64,000 bases of DNA from a virus: IMG/VR virus record IMGVR_UViG_3300035703_000009, positions 1 through 64,000 of that record; one strand, written 5' to 3'. The notes under the pieces are model-generated. The model did not search any database, was not told the origin of the DNA, and saw nothing but the letters and a program-made list of their open reading frames with translations. How positions within the stretch are numbered: the stretch's first letter is position 1; every line of letters begins with the position of its first letter. The position numbers were made by a program, and so were the translations under genes. Positions 26,361 through 36,694 of the stretch are shown here, in pieces.

Positions 26361-27932
26361 ATGAAGTATACAGAACTCGAAGAAGCTGACATAGATTACA
26401 TTTCTGAAATCTATTTCAACAAGGAAATTTCATGGGATCAGCGACTTCGCATGCTCTCTGAACGCTATAAAAGATCTGAGCGCACGATTCAACACTGGAT
26501 CTCAAAGCTAGGATTTAGCACCAAACAACAAGAAGAATCTCCGCAGCTGATCGCTGCCAAGTCCCGAGAGCTAGATCGAAGCAAATCGAAGTTCATCATC
26601 ACCTGGGCACAAAACAATACTGACGTTCACGAAAGGTTTATCACCAACCTAGAAGCATATGCTGCTGAGCTGGATGCCAGCATTCACGTGATTGCAGGTA
26701 GATACAAGAACCCAACATCTGTGTTTACCGATCGCAAGTATGACGTATGGTCAGACCGAATCGAAAGGTACTTGGACGCGAATCGTCATGATGTGCATAA
26801 GTACGTCTCAATCATGTCTGACGTGAAGATACAGCCGACTGCGGTCGATCCGATGACGGGCTTACAGGGCATGAGCGGTATCAATTCCTGCGTTTTTGGT
26901 TCGCCTAAGGTGCAGATGGAAATGATCCCAGTTTTGACTGGCAACAGACCAAAGATGATGGTAACTACTGGCGCATGCACAGTGAAGAACTACACCGACT
27001 CAAAGGCCGGTAAAAAGGGCGAGTTTCATCACACTCTAGGATTTGCCATCATTGAGATCAAGGACGATGACACTTTTTTCATAAGACAAGTAACAGCTTC
27101 AGATAACGGAGACTTTAACGACCTATACTTTAACGTAAAGTACTCTGAAGGTGAGGGTAAGAGCTCAATTAGTCGTAACTCATCGATCGCTGCACTAGTG
27201 TTAGGCGATCTACACTATGGTCAACATGATCCTCAAGTATTAGACCAATCATTTAACCTGATGGCCAAGTTAAGTCCCGATCACGTCATCATCCACGACG
27301 CGTTTGACGGAACCTCAATCAACCATCATGAGACCAAGGACCCATTTGTCCAATACCAAAAGGAAATGGCTGGCACAAACTCGCTAAAGAAGGAGATAGA
27401 TGCCTTGTTGCTTGGCCTTGAAGACTTTCAAGACTATAACGTGGTCATCGTTCGCAGCAACCACGACGACTTCATCGATCGTTGGTTAAAGGACACCGAT
27501 TGGAGAAAGACTGTCACCCCAAAGAACTCTCTCGAATACATGCAATACTCGGCAGCCATACTAAGCGGCCAAGCTCCAAACGGAGTCATTCCATACCTGA
27601 TCAACCAAAAGTTTCCTCACTTTAAGACACTAGGCAGAAACGATAGCTACCTGGTGAAGGGCTGGGAACTAGGTCAGCATGGAGATATCGGTTCGAGCGG
27701 AACCAGGGGATCGCTATTACAGTTACGCAAGCTCAACACCAAGATAGTGGTAGGCCACTATCATGCTCCAGGCAGAAAAGACGGTGCTTTGTCAGTTGGA
27801 ACCTCGACCAAGCTTCGCCTAAACTATAACCTAGGCGCTAGCAGTTGGTTACAGTCTCACGTAATCATCCATCAAGACGGAAAAGCACAACACATTAACT
27901 TTATTAACGGCGAATTCACTACTCTAGAATAA
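26361..27932 (+). CDS. calcineurin-like metallophosphoesterase with N-terminal HTH-like region
   Basis: LVLGDLHYGQHD (GDxHG), VVIVRSNHDD (GNHD/E) and later GQHGD / VVGHYH motifs. Confidence 0.55.
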   Translation: MKYTELEEADIDYISEIYFNKEISWDQRLRMLSERYKRSERTIQHWISKLGFSTKQQEESPQLIAAKSRELDRSKSKFIITWAQNNTDVHERFITNLEAYAAELDASIHVIAGRYKNPTSVFTDRKYDVWSDRIERYLDANRHDVHKYVSIMSDVKIQPTAVDPMTGLQGMSGINSCVFGSPKVQMEMIPVLTGNRPKMMVTTGACTVKNYTDSKAGKKGEFHHTLGFAIIEIKDDDTFFIRQVTASDNGDFNDLYFNVKYSEGEGKSSISRNSSIAALVLGDLHYGQHDPQVLDQSFNLMAKLSPDHVIIHDAFDGTSINHHETKDPFVQYQKEMAGTNSLKKEIDALLLGLEDFQDYNVVIVRSNHDDFIDRWLKDTDWRKTVTPKNSLEYMQYSAAILSGQAPNGVIPYLINQKFPHFKTLGRNDSYLVKGWELGQHGDIGSSGTRGSLLQLRKLNTKIVVGHYHAPGRKDGALSVGTSTKLRLNYNLGASSWLQSHVIIHQDGKAQHINFINGEFTTLE

Positions 27933-27943
27933 ATAACTAAAAG
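27927..27943 (+). promoter_or_regulatory. late-promoter-like motif variant (GAATAAATAACTAAAAG)
   Basis: Same variant as at 7772. Overlaps the stop codon of the upstream gene. Confidence 0.35.
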
Positions 27944-27945
27944 AG

Positions 27946-28143
27946 TTGCTAGTGAAACACGTCAAAGCTAAACCAGAGAGCTGGTCAAACGTCGAAAAAT
28001 ATCGTAAGGGTAAGGCTCGATTAGAGAATGCAGTGATGCAACACCCAGAAGACGATCCAAAGACCTCAATCTACGATTTTGTGAAACGCAACATCAAGCG
28101 TAAGCTTTGGGTCATTCCTTATGACAAGCTTAAGGCAAAGTAA
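27946..28143 (+). CDS. small hypothetical protein (65 aa, TTG/GTG start)
   Basis: Short basic ORF. Non-ATG start. Confidence 0.3.
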   Translation: MLVKHVKAKPESWSNVEKYRKGKARLENAVMQHPEDDPKTSIYDFVKRNIKRKLWVIPYDKLKAK

Positions 28144-28158
28144 ATAATTAAACGATAG

Positions 28159-29853
28159 ATGCGACACATCACTAGAATATTTGAATCCTTTGACCTTTCA
28201 GCAATCAAGTCACAGCTTGAAGGCAAGGTCGGCGGCAACATACAGGATGATAAGACCAAGATCACTTCCTTTGAAGGACTGGAAAAGGTGTTTGACCTCA
28301 TTCCTTTAGAGCTGACTGAGTCTGCAAATTCACCGGAGATGAATGACCTAGTCGGGTTGTTGATCGATAAGGATCGAATTGACTTTCTAAAGGCATATGT
28401 CGAGAAAGAGGCCAAGGTTGTCAATCAAATAGCCAATGACCTAAAGCCGATCTTCACACCAAAGGACGAGCTCAACTTTGCTCGTTCGATCCAAGCATAC
28501 ACTACAGTCTCACAAAGACTTCTTAAGATCCATAACCTAATGAGTCCGGCTCCAGCAAAGGCTAACGAGTCGAGGCTGGTTGAGGAGTTAAATCCCGACG
28601 AAGACACAAAGAAAAAGATGGAGGAGATTGCGAGAGTGAGCAAGGAGAGCCTAGCGAACAGCTACGCCAAGATCTTTAACATTCAGACAAAAAACATTGA
28701 GTCGATACCAGAGACGGGTGAAGGCGCTGACAAGCTAGAGAGCCTCATTGAGTTATTAAGTTCGCTTGGAGTGCTATCCCTAGTTAAGGAAGAAGCGGCA
28801 AAGAAAAAGAGTCGCATGCCCAAAGAAGAGTCCCTCTCCACCAAAAAGAAGAAAAGGATTAGCGTACGACTACTTAGAGCGATAGCCATCTCGCAGTTGC
28901 CGGCAATCTCAAACCAACAGATAGACAAACCCGGTGACTATTTTAGACTATTCAAGTCATTAGAGTCCCAAAACCCAGCATGGATGGACCTTTCAATCGA
29001 AAAATACGTCTTTGGTGGAAACGCCAAGGAGGTATCTGACTTCAACGCTACTGCTCGTGGCACTGAAAGCGCGACCGAAGAGAACCAGATCAACTACTTG
29101 CGAGCGAATCGTTCATGGATCCTAAGCTACATCAAGAGCGACAAGGACGGAACCTTGACCGATAAGGAAGAAAATAATTATGTCTCACAGCTTGAGACCA
29201 CCTGCACTGAAAAGGAAAAGGAGATCAAGAACTATTACTTGTCCCGTGACTTCAACATCAGTAACGTGAGCGGCATACAAATTAAGCCAGAGATTAAGCT
29301 TCCTCTCTACTCAAAAGTAAGGTTAGCTGTGTCTGAAAGCGACAGGCTAAAGGAAAGCCCGCTTAGAAACATCGTAGGAGGAGCTCTGGCAATAGTCGGT
29401 GGACTCTTTTCAAGAATAGAGGACAAAGTTGACTCAGGAGCGCTGGCTGCATCCAAAGCTAGAAACGAAGCCATATTCAAGGGAATTAGTGCAATCGCTA
29501 AAGGAACTGTAACACTAGTCGGTGGCAAACAAGCCGGTCGAGACTATGAAGCTGGCCTAGAGAAGATAAGTTCTAAGTTAAACCCAGAACGCATCACCCT
29601 ATCCCAAGACGAAAGGAAAGGTAGAGTTAAAGAAGATATGATCGCGACGACTGATGCGACAGGATATGCTCCAGTGAATCCAGAAGCACCAGGTCAGTTC
29701 ATGCAGACTCCTAATTCCATGGCAGGTACCATGGACACTTTCTCACTACTTGGTCCAGGTAAAAAGAGCGAGGCTAAGAAAAAGTCAAAGACTGCAGGTT
29801 CAAAGGTGTTAACCTTTGCCGATTTCATCGATAGTAAAAGCAAAGTTGATTAA
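28159..29853 (+). CDS. hypothetical large protein (564 aa), probable virion/structural module
   Basis: Long ORF at the head of the same-strand structural gene block. Lys-rich, no motif. Confidence 0.5.
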   Translation: MRHITRIFESFDLSAIKSQLEGKVGGNIQDDKTKITSFEGLEKVFDLIPLELTESANSPEMNDLVGLLIDKDRIDFLKAYVEKEAKVVNQIANDLKPIFTPKDELNFARSIQAYTTVSQRLLKIHNLMSPAPAKANESRLVEELNPDEDTKKKMEEIARVSKESLANSYAKIFNIQTKNIESIPETGEGADKLESLIELLSSLGVLSLVKEEAAKKKSRMPKEESLSTKKKKRISVRLLRAIAISQLPAISNQQIDKPGDYFRLFKSLESQNPAWMDLSIEKYVFGGNAKEVSDFNATARGTESATEENQINYLRANRSWILSYIKSDKDGTLTDKEENNYVSQLETTCTEKEKEIKNYYLSRDFNISNVSGIQIKPEIKLPLYSKVRLAVSESDRLKESPLRNIVGGALAIVGGLFSRIEDKVDSGALAASKARNEAIFKGISAIAKGTVTLVGGKQAGRDYEAGLEKISSKLNPERITLSQDERKGRVKEDMIATTDATGYAPVNPEAPGQFMQTPNSMAGTMDTFSLLGPGKKSEAKKKSKTAGSKVLTFADFIDSKSKVD

Positions 29854-29874
29854 TTATCACCTGCTTCTTATCTC

Positions 29875-29890
29875 AATAAATAATAAAAAG
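29875..29890 (+). promoter_or_regulatory. T4-late-like promoter motif AATAAATAATAAAAAG
   Basis: Exact 14-mer, 11 nt upstream of the ATG at 29902. Confidence 0.55.
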
Positions 29891-29901
29891 AAGCGCAGCT
29901 C

Positions 29902-31773
29902 ATGAGAAACATAATTAAGATGGGTCAGAACTCAAATCCTACTGGAGGAGAGAATGAGCCAGCATTTGGAAAGTCTCTTGATAGCCTGCTCAATGTTGAT
30001 CAGGACACCTTTAACCACCTGGCATCCACATATGATCCCAACGTCAAGCCAATCGGCGTGACTGATGGACCAGGAGCAGAAGGAATCACGGTCGAGGCAG
30101 CTGACTCTATTTTCAACCCATTCTACCTATTTAGATACGCAAAGTATGGAAATGTTGCAGGTGCATCTAAGGGTTATTCAACTGAGTATCACCGAGATGT
30201 CAATCCAATTTCTCAGAACTCAAACAGTGCTGTGCAGAAGGATACCGTTACCTTAATCAACGAAAACAAGAAGTTCATCAATAACCCGACTGCAAGTCAA
30301 ATCATCGAGTGGGCAGCAAATGATGCCGATCGCAAGACAGCAAACACTTTGGGTCCGACTCCATATCAGTGGAACGACTTTTTATGGTGTAAGTGGTATG
30401 GTCGTATACCAAACAATCGTCTATTGACTCTGCGTAGGTACCCGATTCCGGTAGAAGATAACCTGCTTATCGCGTCTGAAAAGATGCCGCTTGTTCCAAT
30501 CGCTCAAGCTGTGACTTGGTGGGGAGGAGAGACTGAAAACTCGTTAGACAACATACTTGGTCTATCATATGGTTTTAATTGGACGTCAAAGACCGCTGAA
30601 GTCACTGATGCTAACGGTAATGAGATTTCAGTCGACGCGTTAAATGGATCGCTCGGAATAGAAAATAAGACTTTGCGACAGTTCTTAAACGCTGCTCTTG
30701 GAGGAAGTGATAATCCGTACGCTGCGACTGGCTTGGATAAAAAGTTACAAGACTGGGTCAAAGAATCATACACGAAGGGACCGTATTGGAACCGAGTGTT
30801 AGGTCCGATTAACGTGATCAACAAGACTCAAATCAGAGACACTGGCTATACTTTCACTCACCAAATCCAATTAAAGTTTTCCTATGCGTTAAGGTCATTT
30901 AATAACATCAATCCTAAGATCGCGATGTTGGACCTAATTACTAACTTTTTAGCTTTGACTTACAATAAAGCTGAGTTCTGGGGAGGCAGCATACGTTATT
31001 TTAAACAAACAGGCTTGCTCTTACCGGGTTTGCCGCAGGCTGATTTTGAAAAAGGCGACTACATCACTGGAATCAAGGAAACGCTCAAGGCTCTCTTACA
31101 AAGGGCTCAAGAACAAGCAAAAGATGTTTCAACGCTAATCGGAAAGGTGGTTGCCAAAGAAGAGTCTATTGATGCAGCACTGGCTAAGGTTGAGAGCTCA
31201 CAGATAGCTCGAAACATTGCCGGCTCTTGGGTAAAGGACTTGATTCAGGGACCGATTGCGATGCGTGCTATCCTAGACGGCAGGGCCGTTGGTGAATGGC
31301 ACTTAACAGTTGGCAACCCAATCGATCCGATCGCAGTGATTGGGAACTTGTGTCTAAAGAACACTAAAATAAAGTTTTCTGACGCTCTTGGACTAGATGA
31401 CTTTCCTACCGAAGTAAGCTTCACGGTCACGTTAGAGCCAGGCAGAGCCAGAGCAAAGCAAGACATTGAGTCGATGTTTAATGCTGGTGGCGGAGACATG
31501 TCATTCACTCCACTACCTCTTCCTTCTTCTGCATACAACTCATATGGAGAAAGAAACTCAATTGTTGCAAACTCGCTTAGGGCTGGAAACAATGCTGACC
31601 CTAATGCAAAGGATGCATACACTGGATCAAACAAGTCAGTTACATCAAACCAATCTGGAGCAGAAAACATTGCAAACTACTTTAGAACAAACGTCACTAA
31701 GGCATACGGTTCAAAGTTTGCAGCATCGCCTGTGTTAGATGACTACTTTTTACAACTAAAAACTAAGGACTAA
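29902..31773 (+). CDS. putative structural (baseplate/tail) protein (623 aa)
   Basis: Large late-promoter-driven ORF upstream of the baseplate-like genes. Confidence 0.5.
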   Translation: MRNIIKMGQNSNPTGGENEPAFGKSLDSLLNVDQDTFNHLASTYDPNVKPIGVTDGPGAEGITVEAADSIFNPFYLFRYAKYGNVAGASKGYSTEYHRDVNPISQNSNSAVQKDTVTLINENKKFINNPTASQIIEWAANDADRKTANTLGPTPYQWNDFLWCKWYGRIPNNRLLTLRRYPIPVEDNLLIASEKMPLVPIAQAVTWWGGETENSLDNILGLSYGFNWTSKTAEVTDANGNEISVDALNGSLGIENKTLRQFLNAALGGSDNPYAATGLDKKLQDWVKESYTKGPYWNRVLGPINVINKTQIRDTGYTFTHQIQLKFSYALRSFNNINPKIAMLDLITNFLALTYNKAEFWGGSIRYFKQTGLLLPGLPQADFEKGDYITGIKETLKALLQRAQEQAKDVSTLIGKVVAKEESIDAALAKVESSQIARNIAGSWVKDLIQGPIAMRAILDGRAVGEWHLTVGNPIDPIAVIGNLCLKNTKIKFSDALGLDDFPTEVSFTVTLEPGRARAKQDIESMFNAGGGDMSFTPLPLPSSAYNSYGERNSIVANSLRAGNNADPNAKDAYTGSNKSVTSNQSGAENIANYFRTNVTKAYGSKFAASPVLDDYFLQLKTKD

Positions 31774-31774
31774 T

Positions 31775-32362
31775 ATGTTACTAGGCAGAATACTAAGGGC
31801 AAAACGAACTTTCACGACTAAGCTAAACGATGTCATCATTGACTTAATTAGCTCTACGTTCAATTTTGAAGCGGCCAGTGGACCTGCTCAAGGTTACGTT
31901 AGAGTAAAAGAGTTTGAAGTGATGCGTCCAGACCTGATCTCGATTAGGATGTATGCCGATCACCAGTACTATGAGCCATTGTTAAAGTACAATGGAATCT
32001 CCAATCCTTTTTCCCTAGACGTAAACGAAGTGTTACTCGCTCCGCCATTTAAGAACTTAGACGCGATGGTGGTTGCACCAAAGAGTGTTGTCGAAAAAGG
32101 ATTAGAGCTTGCAGCAAACAACGAGTCTAAACTAGTCGTGCCAAAAACAGTTAAAGATAAGAAGAGACTTGATGCTCTCAAAGATAAGGTAAAGGAGATA
32201 GTTCCACCTAATGTTAATACCTCAGGAAACAAAAACGTGAAAGTAAGAGATGGAAAGGTCATATTCGGTGAGGACGTGACCCAAGTGAACAAGGATAACT
32301 GTCCGGTGCCAATATCAAGAGCAAGACTCATTCAACAACTCACAAAAGCTAACCTATTCTAA
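31775..32362 (+). CDS. LysM-like domain protein, possible baseplate wedge (gp53-like)
   Basis: VMRPDLISIRMYADHQYYEPLLKYNGISNPFSLDVNEVLLAP fits the LysM pattern. Confidence 0.35.
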   Translation: MLLGRILRAKRTFTTKLNDVIIDLISSTFNFEAASGPAQGYVRVKEFEVMRPDLISIRMYADHQYYEPLLKYNGISNPFSLDVNEVLLAPPFKNLDAMVVAPKSVVEKGLELAANNESKLVVPKTVKDKKRLDALKDKVKEIVPPNVNTSGNKNVKVRDGKVIFGEDVTQVNKDNCPVPISRARLIQQLTKANLF

Positions 32363-33855
32363 TGTCATTTAACCAGACCATAAAAGGCACGGTGTTGCCA
32401 AAGGTTCCCTTAAAAACTCTGTTTGAGGAGGACACTTCAGTCGATAGCCAGAGCGATGCCTCAAGGAAGGCTCCAAAGTACATGCCGGACTCAGGGCAGC
32501 TGACTGGCGCAAGGGAACCCTATGTCAAAATAGGAGGACAGATCGTCAAAGGGATTGACATGTTGACAATCGATGAGACTGGATTTATCCCTACTGTCTC
32601 AATGACGTTCGTCGATCCATTAGGCGAGTTTGCCGGCGATTACTTTCCAAAGACGAATCTTATCATGAACGTCTACCTAAAATCAGGTAGCGAGAAGTTT
32701 AAGCCGATTCGCTGTGATTTCTTAATCAAGTCAGTAAAATCGATTCCGCCTAAGTTTACAGGTAAAAAGGATGCGATTGCAATGGGCACCACTTACATGG
32801 TAAAAGGAGAGCTCTACATTCCTAACATCTATCGTAGCATCTCAAAGAGTTATGCTAAGTTGAACTCTAAGGACGCCTTAAAAAAGATATGTGATGAGTT
32901 AGGCTTAGGATTTGCAGAAAATGAGAGCAAGCCTGCCGATTCAATGACTTGGATCAATACTAACATGAGTAATCTACAGTTCATCCAAAAGATAGTTGAA
33001 CACTCATATCAGAGCGATGACACTTTTTTCATGGCATTCATCGACAAGTACTATTACTTAAACTTTATTGAAGTCAATGAGCAGTTAAAAGTAGGTGAAG
33101 CACAAAAGACATTCATCACTTCAGGCAATGCGTTATTGCCTAGTTTTAACCAAAGATCAAAGGACGATGCAGGTGCGGCTGCCATTCAAGACGACACTAC
33201 TTACAACTATTTGACTACTGAAGTCGACTATAAGAACTCGATAAACTACATTCACACATTGAACTTGGTCTCGGCACAAGGGGACGTTTTAAAAAACCAG
33301 GGATATAAAAAGGAGATCTACTATTATGATCACCTTAAAAAAGCAGACACGCCGAGGGACAAGTTCATCAACTTCTTCATGGCTCCGCTACGTAGTCAGG
33401 ATCGAGATACCTCGACTTTTCTAATTCCAGAAGAGCAAAGCCTAGCTGAAAACAAGATAAAAAAGTGGATGAACATTGACTACGGTAACACTCACATCCA
33501 TTGGAACGCGGCTAGAGTCATAAATAACCATAACTTGAAGGAGTTGGAGAAAATTAAGCTAAAGGTCGTGCTAAATAACATTAACTTTCAAGCTATTCGA
33601 GGATTCATGATACCTGTGGCGATAACCGTTCAACAGGCTGAAAAGATATTAAAATCAACTGAATCTGGCGATGAGGCTAATCAAAAGGCTAATGTTAGAA
33701 CTAATCTTAATGACCAAGCGATTGACGAACAACTTACGGGTTACTACTACATTAGCGGAGCAAAATATCACTATGACGCATTGCACCCGAATGGCCTCTA
33801 CACTGAGCTTTTCCTCGCACGTAGAGAGTGGAGACCTTCGAAAAAAACTAGTTAA
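32362..33855 (+). CDS. putative baseplate-module protein (497 aa)
   Basis: ATGA-coupled to its neighbours in the structural block. Confidence 0.45.
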   Translation: MSFNQTIKGTVLPKVPLKTLFEEDTSVDSQSDASRKAPKYMPDSGQLTGAREPYVKIGGQIVKGIDMLTIDETGFIPTVSMTFVDPLGEFAGDYFPKTNLIMNVYLKSGSEKFKPIRCDFLIKSVKSIPPKFTGKKDAIAMGTTYMVKGELYIPNIYRSISKSYAKLNSKDALKKICDELGLGFAENESKPADSMTWINTNMSNLQFIQKIVEHSYQSDDTFFMAFIDKYYYLNFIEVNEQLKVGEAQKTFITSGNALLPSFNQRSKDDAGAAAIQDDTTYNYLTTEVDYKNSINYIHTLNLVSAQGDVLKNQGYKKEIYYYDHLKKADTPRDKFINFFMAPLRSQDRDTSTFLIPEEQSLAENKIKKWMNIDYGNTHIHWNAARVINNHNLKELEKIKLKVVLNNINFQAIRGFMIPVAITVQQAEKILKSTESGDEANQKANVRTNLNDQAIDEQLTGYYYISGAKYHYDALHPNGLYTELFLARREWRPSKKTS

Positions 33856-33857
33856 CG

Positions 33858-34916
33858 ATGCATAATTTTTTGGGAATAAGATATAAGACCGATAACTTTC
33901 GTAAGGGAGTCTTTACTGATCCTTATGATGAGCCTACTTTCTTGACCTTTGCCATCGACTTTAAGTTTGAAGACACAGCGGCTAGCGTCATCACCAGTCA
34001 CCACCTATGGGACTCTCCTCTCTTTAACGAAAAGAGTGGCAGCGCCCTTAAGTTCTTAGAGAATCGAGGATACGCAGATGACGCGCATGGAGTCAAGGTC
34101 TTTAAGGAGATCCTACGTTACTTGACGTTTGATGCACCTTGGTACTTTCAGTCGATTTCCGGTCTGAATGGAATGTGGAAACAGGCGACTGACATGGCTT
34201 CAGGCAACAAGACTAAGGGCACATCTCTTACTATCGAGACGCTAGAGGCAGTAGATCTACGCATCACTGAGCTGGCCAGCATCTATCGCAAGGCCATGTT
34301 CGATAAGGTCCACATGCGTGAAAAGGTTCCAGATAACCTGCGATGGTTTGCAATGGACATCTACATCGCAGAGGCACGTAATCTTAGGTATCGTCTACCA
34401 GGCATAGGTCAAAACACGGCTCAACTCTTTGGTGTAAACACGGCGGCAATCGGTAACGTGCTAGGAGGAGGCAACATCTTATCCAACGTGTTGGAGCAGT
34501 ATGGCTACGTCAAATTTAGGTGCAGACAGTGTGAGTTTGACTTTTCAGACTCTTTTGCCGGAGGCAGCAAGCTCGACGTCACCACGACCAATAAACCGGC
34601 GACTAACTCATTTAAGATCAATGTAGGTTACTTTGAGGAGGAGACTAGGTTTGCAGACGGCTCGAGAATATTCGATGACCTAATCAGGTCTGAGATCGAG
34701 AATCCATGGAGCTTACGCAATGTGGGAACTGACATCAAGAATGCAGGTTCGTTCTTGTCAGGCTTACCCCTGATCGGAGACGACATACAGAGGGCAGGTC
34801 AGAAAGTACAGAATGCTTTTGCTCAAGTCGGAGGACTCTTGAATCCTGCGCTGGGTGCAGCCTCTCAATTCATTGACCCGCCAGTAAAAACGCTAGGTAA
34901 CGCATATCGTCGATAA
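33858..34916 (+). CDS. putative baseplate-module protein (352 aa)
   Basis: Same operon, directly upstream of the spike gene. Confidence 0.45.
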   Translation: MHNFLGIRYKTDNFRKGVFTDPYDEPTFLTFAIDFKFEDTAASVITSHHLWDSPLFNEKSGSALKFLENRGYADDAHGVKVFKEILRYLTFDAPWYFQSISGLNGMWKQATDMASGNKTKGTSLTIETLEAVDLRITELASIYRKAMFDKVHMREKVPDNLRWFAMDIYIAEARNLRYRLPGIGQNTAQLFGVNTAAIGNVLGGGNILSNVLEQYGYVKFRCRQCEFDFSDSFAGGSKLDVTTTNKPATNSFKINVGYFEEETRFADGSRIFDDLIRSEIENPWSLRNVGTDIKNAGSFLSGLPLIGDDIQRAGQKVQNAFAQVGGLLNPALGAASQFIDPPVKTLGNAYRR

Positions 34917-34948
34917 AACTTTAGTGCTTAACTTGATATAATTAAAAG

Positions 34949-35743
34949 ATGGAAGAACGTTATCATGACATTAACCGCCGGGAGATTGACCTAATCGACA
35001 AACAATTCTTGGGAGTCGTCGAAGACCCAAACGATCCTCGAAAGGAGGGCCGTGCCAAAGTAAGAGTAGTCAGCATATATGACGATATTCCAGTCGATGA
35101 CCTACCTTGGGCATATCCCAAGCAGAAGAGCGCCTTTTTTGGTAAGGAAGGCAGAGGCGGGTCGCTTTCAGTGCCGAAAAAAGGCTCGATAGTTGCAGTT
35201 AGGTTCGATAACGGTAACCCATACTGTCCAGAGTATTACTCGCTACATGAGATTGCTGAAGACGTTCGAGAAGAACTGGGCAAGAACGGTGAGTATTTAG
35301 GTTCTCACGTGGTTCTCTTTGATGGAGATGAGGAACTAAAGATTTGGTTTACCATCTCAAAGGGAATCACCATGCAGCTTAAGGGATCCCGAGTAAATAT
35401 AGGTCGAGACAAGGCCATCACCATTGAACACGACCAGACTCAATCGATCATCGAATTACGAGGAGGTAATATCTCTATACACGCGAATTCAAGAGTCGAG
35501 GTGACCTCCGGAAGCGAAATAGAGGCGGCCTCCAACGACATATGGATTAACGGTAATTTCGTGAAGGTGGGTCATAATCCAGTAACTGGACCAGCTGTGC
35601 TCGGAGACACTTTATTTTTGCTGCTTAGTGCCATGGCCAGCGCAATCGACGGCAAGTTCCCACCGACTCCAGGTGCGGTCACAGCAGCGGTCAATGCCGC
35701 AAAGGAGGCGGTCCTCTCTAAGACCGTTAAAGTCTCAATGTAA
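34949..35743 (+). CDS. baseplate hub/spike protein, gp5 N-terminal OB-fold / gpV-like
   Basis: LGVVEDPNDPRKEGRAKVRVV...LPWAYP...GSLSVPKKGSIVAVRFDNGNPYCPEYY matches the gpV/gp5 OB-domain pattern. No lysozyme domain. Confidence 0.6.
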   Translation: MEERYHDINRREIDLIDKQFLGVVEDPNDPRKEGRAKVRVVSIYDDIPVDDLPWAYPKQKSAFFGKEGRGGSLSVPKKGSIVAVRFDNGNPYCPEYYSLHEIAEDVREELGKNGEYLGSHVVLFDGDEELKIWFTISKGITMQLKGSRVNIGRDKAITIEHDQTQSIIELRGGNISIHANSRVEVTSGSEIEAASNDIWINGNFVKVGHNPVTGPAVLGDTLFLLLSAMASAIDGKFPPTPGAVTAAVNAAKEAVLSKTVKVSM

Positions 35744-35747
35744 GAAT

Positions 35748-36101
35748 ATGGAAAAATTTGAAATTAGACCTTGGGGCTGGTTTGAAGTGTTAACTGAAGA
35801 CGTTAACTATAAAGTTAAAAGATTAGTAGTATGTCCAGGCAAAAGACTCTCATATCAATACCATAATAAAAGAAAAGAACATTGGGTTGTTGTGCAAGGA
35901 GATGGAGTTTTTATCTATGGAAATGATAATTCGACTTTTGAAAAAACTGTGGAAACAGGTAGTTCAATTTTTATTGAAATTGGTGAGTATCATCGTATAC
36001 AAAATACAGGAGAAAGTGATCTGATCATCATTGAAACCCAATTAGGTCAGTGTGATGAAGAAGACATTGTAAGAATAGTTGACGACTTCAATCGAGTCTA
36101 A
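35748..36101 (+). CDS. cupin-domain protein (mannose-6-phosphate isomerase type II C-terminal-like)
   Basis: RPWGWFEVL...KVKRLVVCPGKRLSYQYHNKRKEHWVVVQGDGVF matches the PMI/ManC cupin signature. The start taken is the ATG at 35748, not the upstream in-frame Met of the ORF track. Confidence 0.55.
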   Translation: MEKFEIRPWGWFEVLTEDVNYKVKRLVVCPGKRLSYQYHNKRKEHWVVVQGDGVFIYGNDNSTFEKTVETGSSIFIEIGEYHRIQNTGESDLIIIETQLGQCDEEDIVRIVDDFNRV

Positions 36102-36694
36102 CGATATAGAGTTTCAATGCTCTCATACCTTAAAAAAGAATTAAGGCTTGAATTTGGATTGACTGAAACCATTGAAATCCCTTTACTTTTAAGCAGCTGC
36201 ATATTGAATTTAATCTTTTCAAATCTAGGTAGATACCAATCAGCTCCAACTGAATGGCCGATTTGATTTGAGGAGGAGTTGGATTTTTTCCAAAAATGAC
36301 TGGGGTCTTGCCACTTCAATGAGACTCCAGCAATGTAAAAAATTGAATTTGGAATGTAGTTTGTGTTGAAAAGATCAATTGCGTTTGAAATTGAGTCAGG
36401 AAAGAGTCTCGTATTTTTTCTAGAGTAAACTTTAGTCCATCCTGGTATTTTATTTTTGATGTTCTTTTGTAACCAGTCACTTGAATAAATTGTGGAATTT
36501 CTTTTAAGCTCTTCTAGTTTTTCAGGATAGCGCGAAAGTTCATTTGAAATGATAAGATCAGAAAAAAAGAAATAATTAGGAATAAATTTAAGCCAAATTC
36601 GATTTACACCGAGCGTCACAATGTTTGGATGAATTTTCTCAAAGTCAATTGAATTGATTTGTGGATCGTTACCTAAAACTAAAACTTTAGCCAT
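36098..36694 (-). CDS. Cst-II/GT42-like or Maf(DUF115)-like nonulosonate glycosyltransferase
   Basis: MAKVLVLGNDPQINSIDFEKIHPNIVTLGVNRIWL parallels Cst-II MKKVIIAGNGPSLKEIDYSRLPNDFDVFRCNQFYF. The IGHS motif aligns with the Cst-II catalytic His (YIGHS). Confidence 0.45.
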   Translation of the reverse strand: MAKVLVLGNDPQINSIDFEKIHPNIVTLGVNRIWLKFIPNYFFFSDLIISNELSRYPEKLEELKRNSTIYSSDWLQKNIKNKIPGWTKVYSRKNTRLFPDSISNAIDLFNTNYIPNSIFYIAGVSLKWQDPSHFWKKSNSSSNQIGHSVGADWYLPRFEKIKFNMQLLKSKGISMVSVNPNSSLNSFLRYESIETLYR

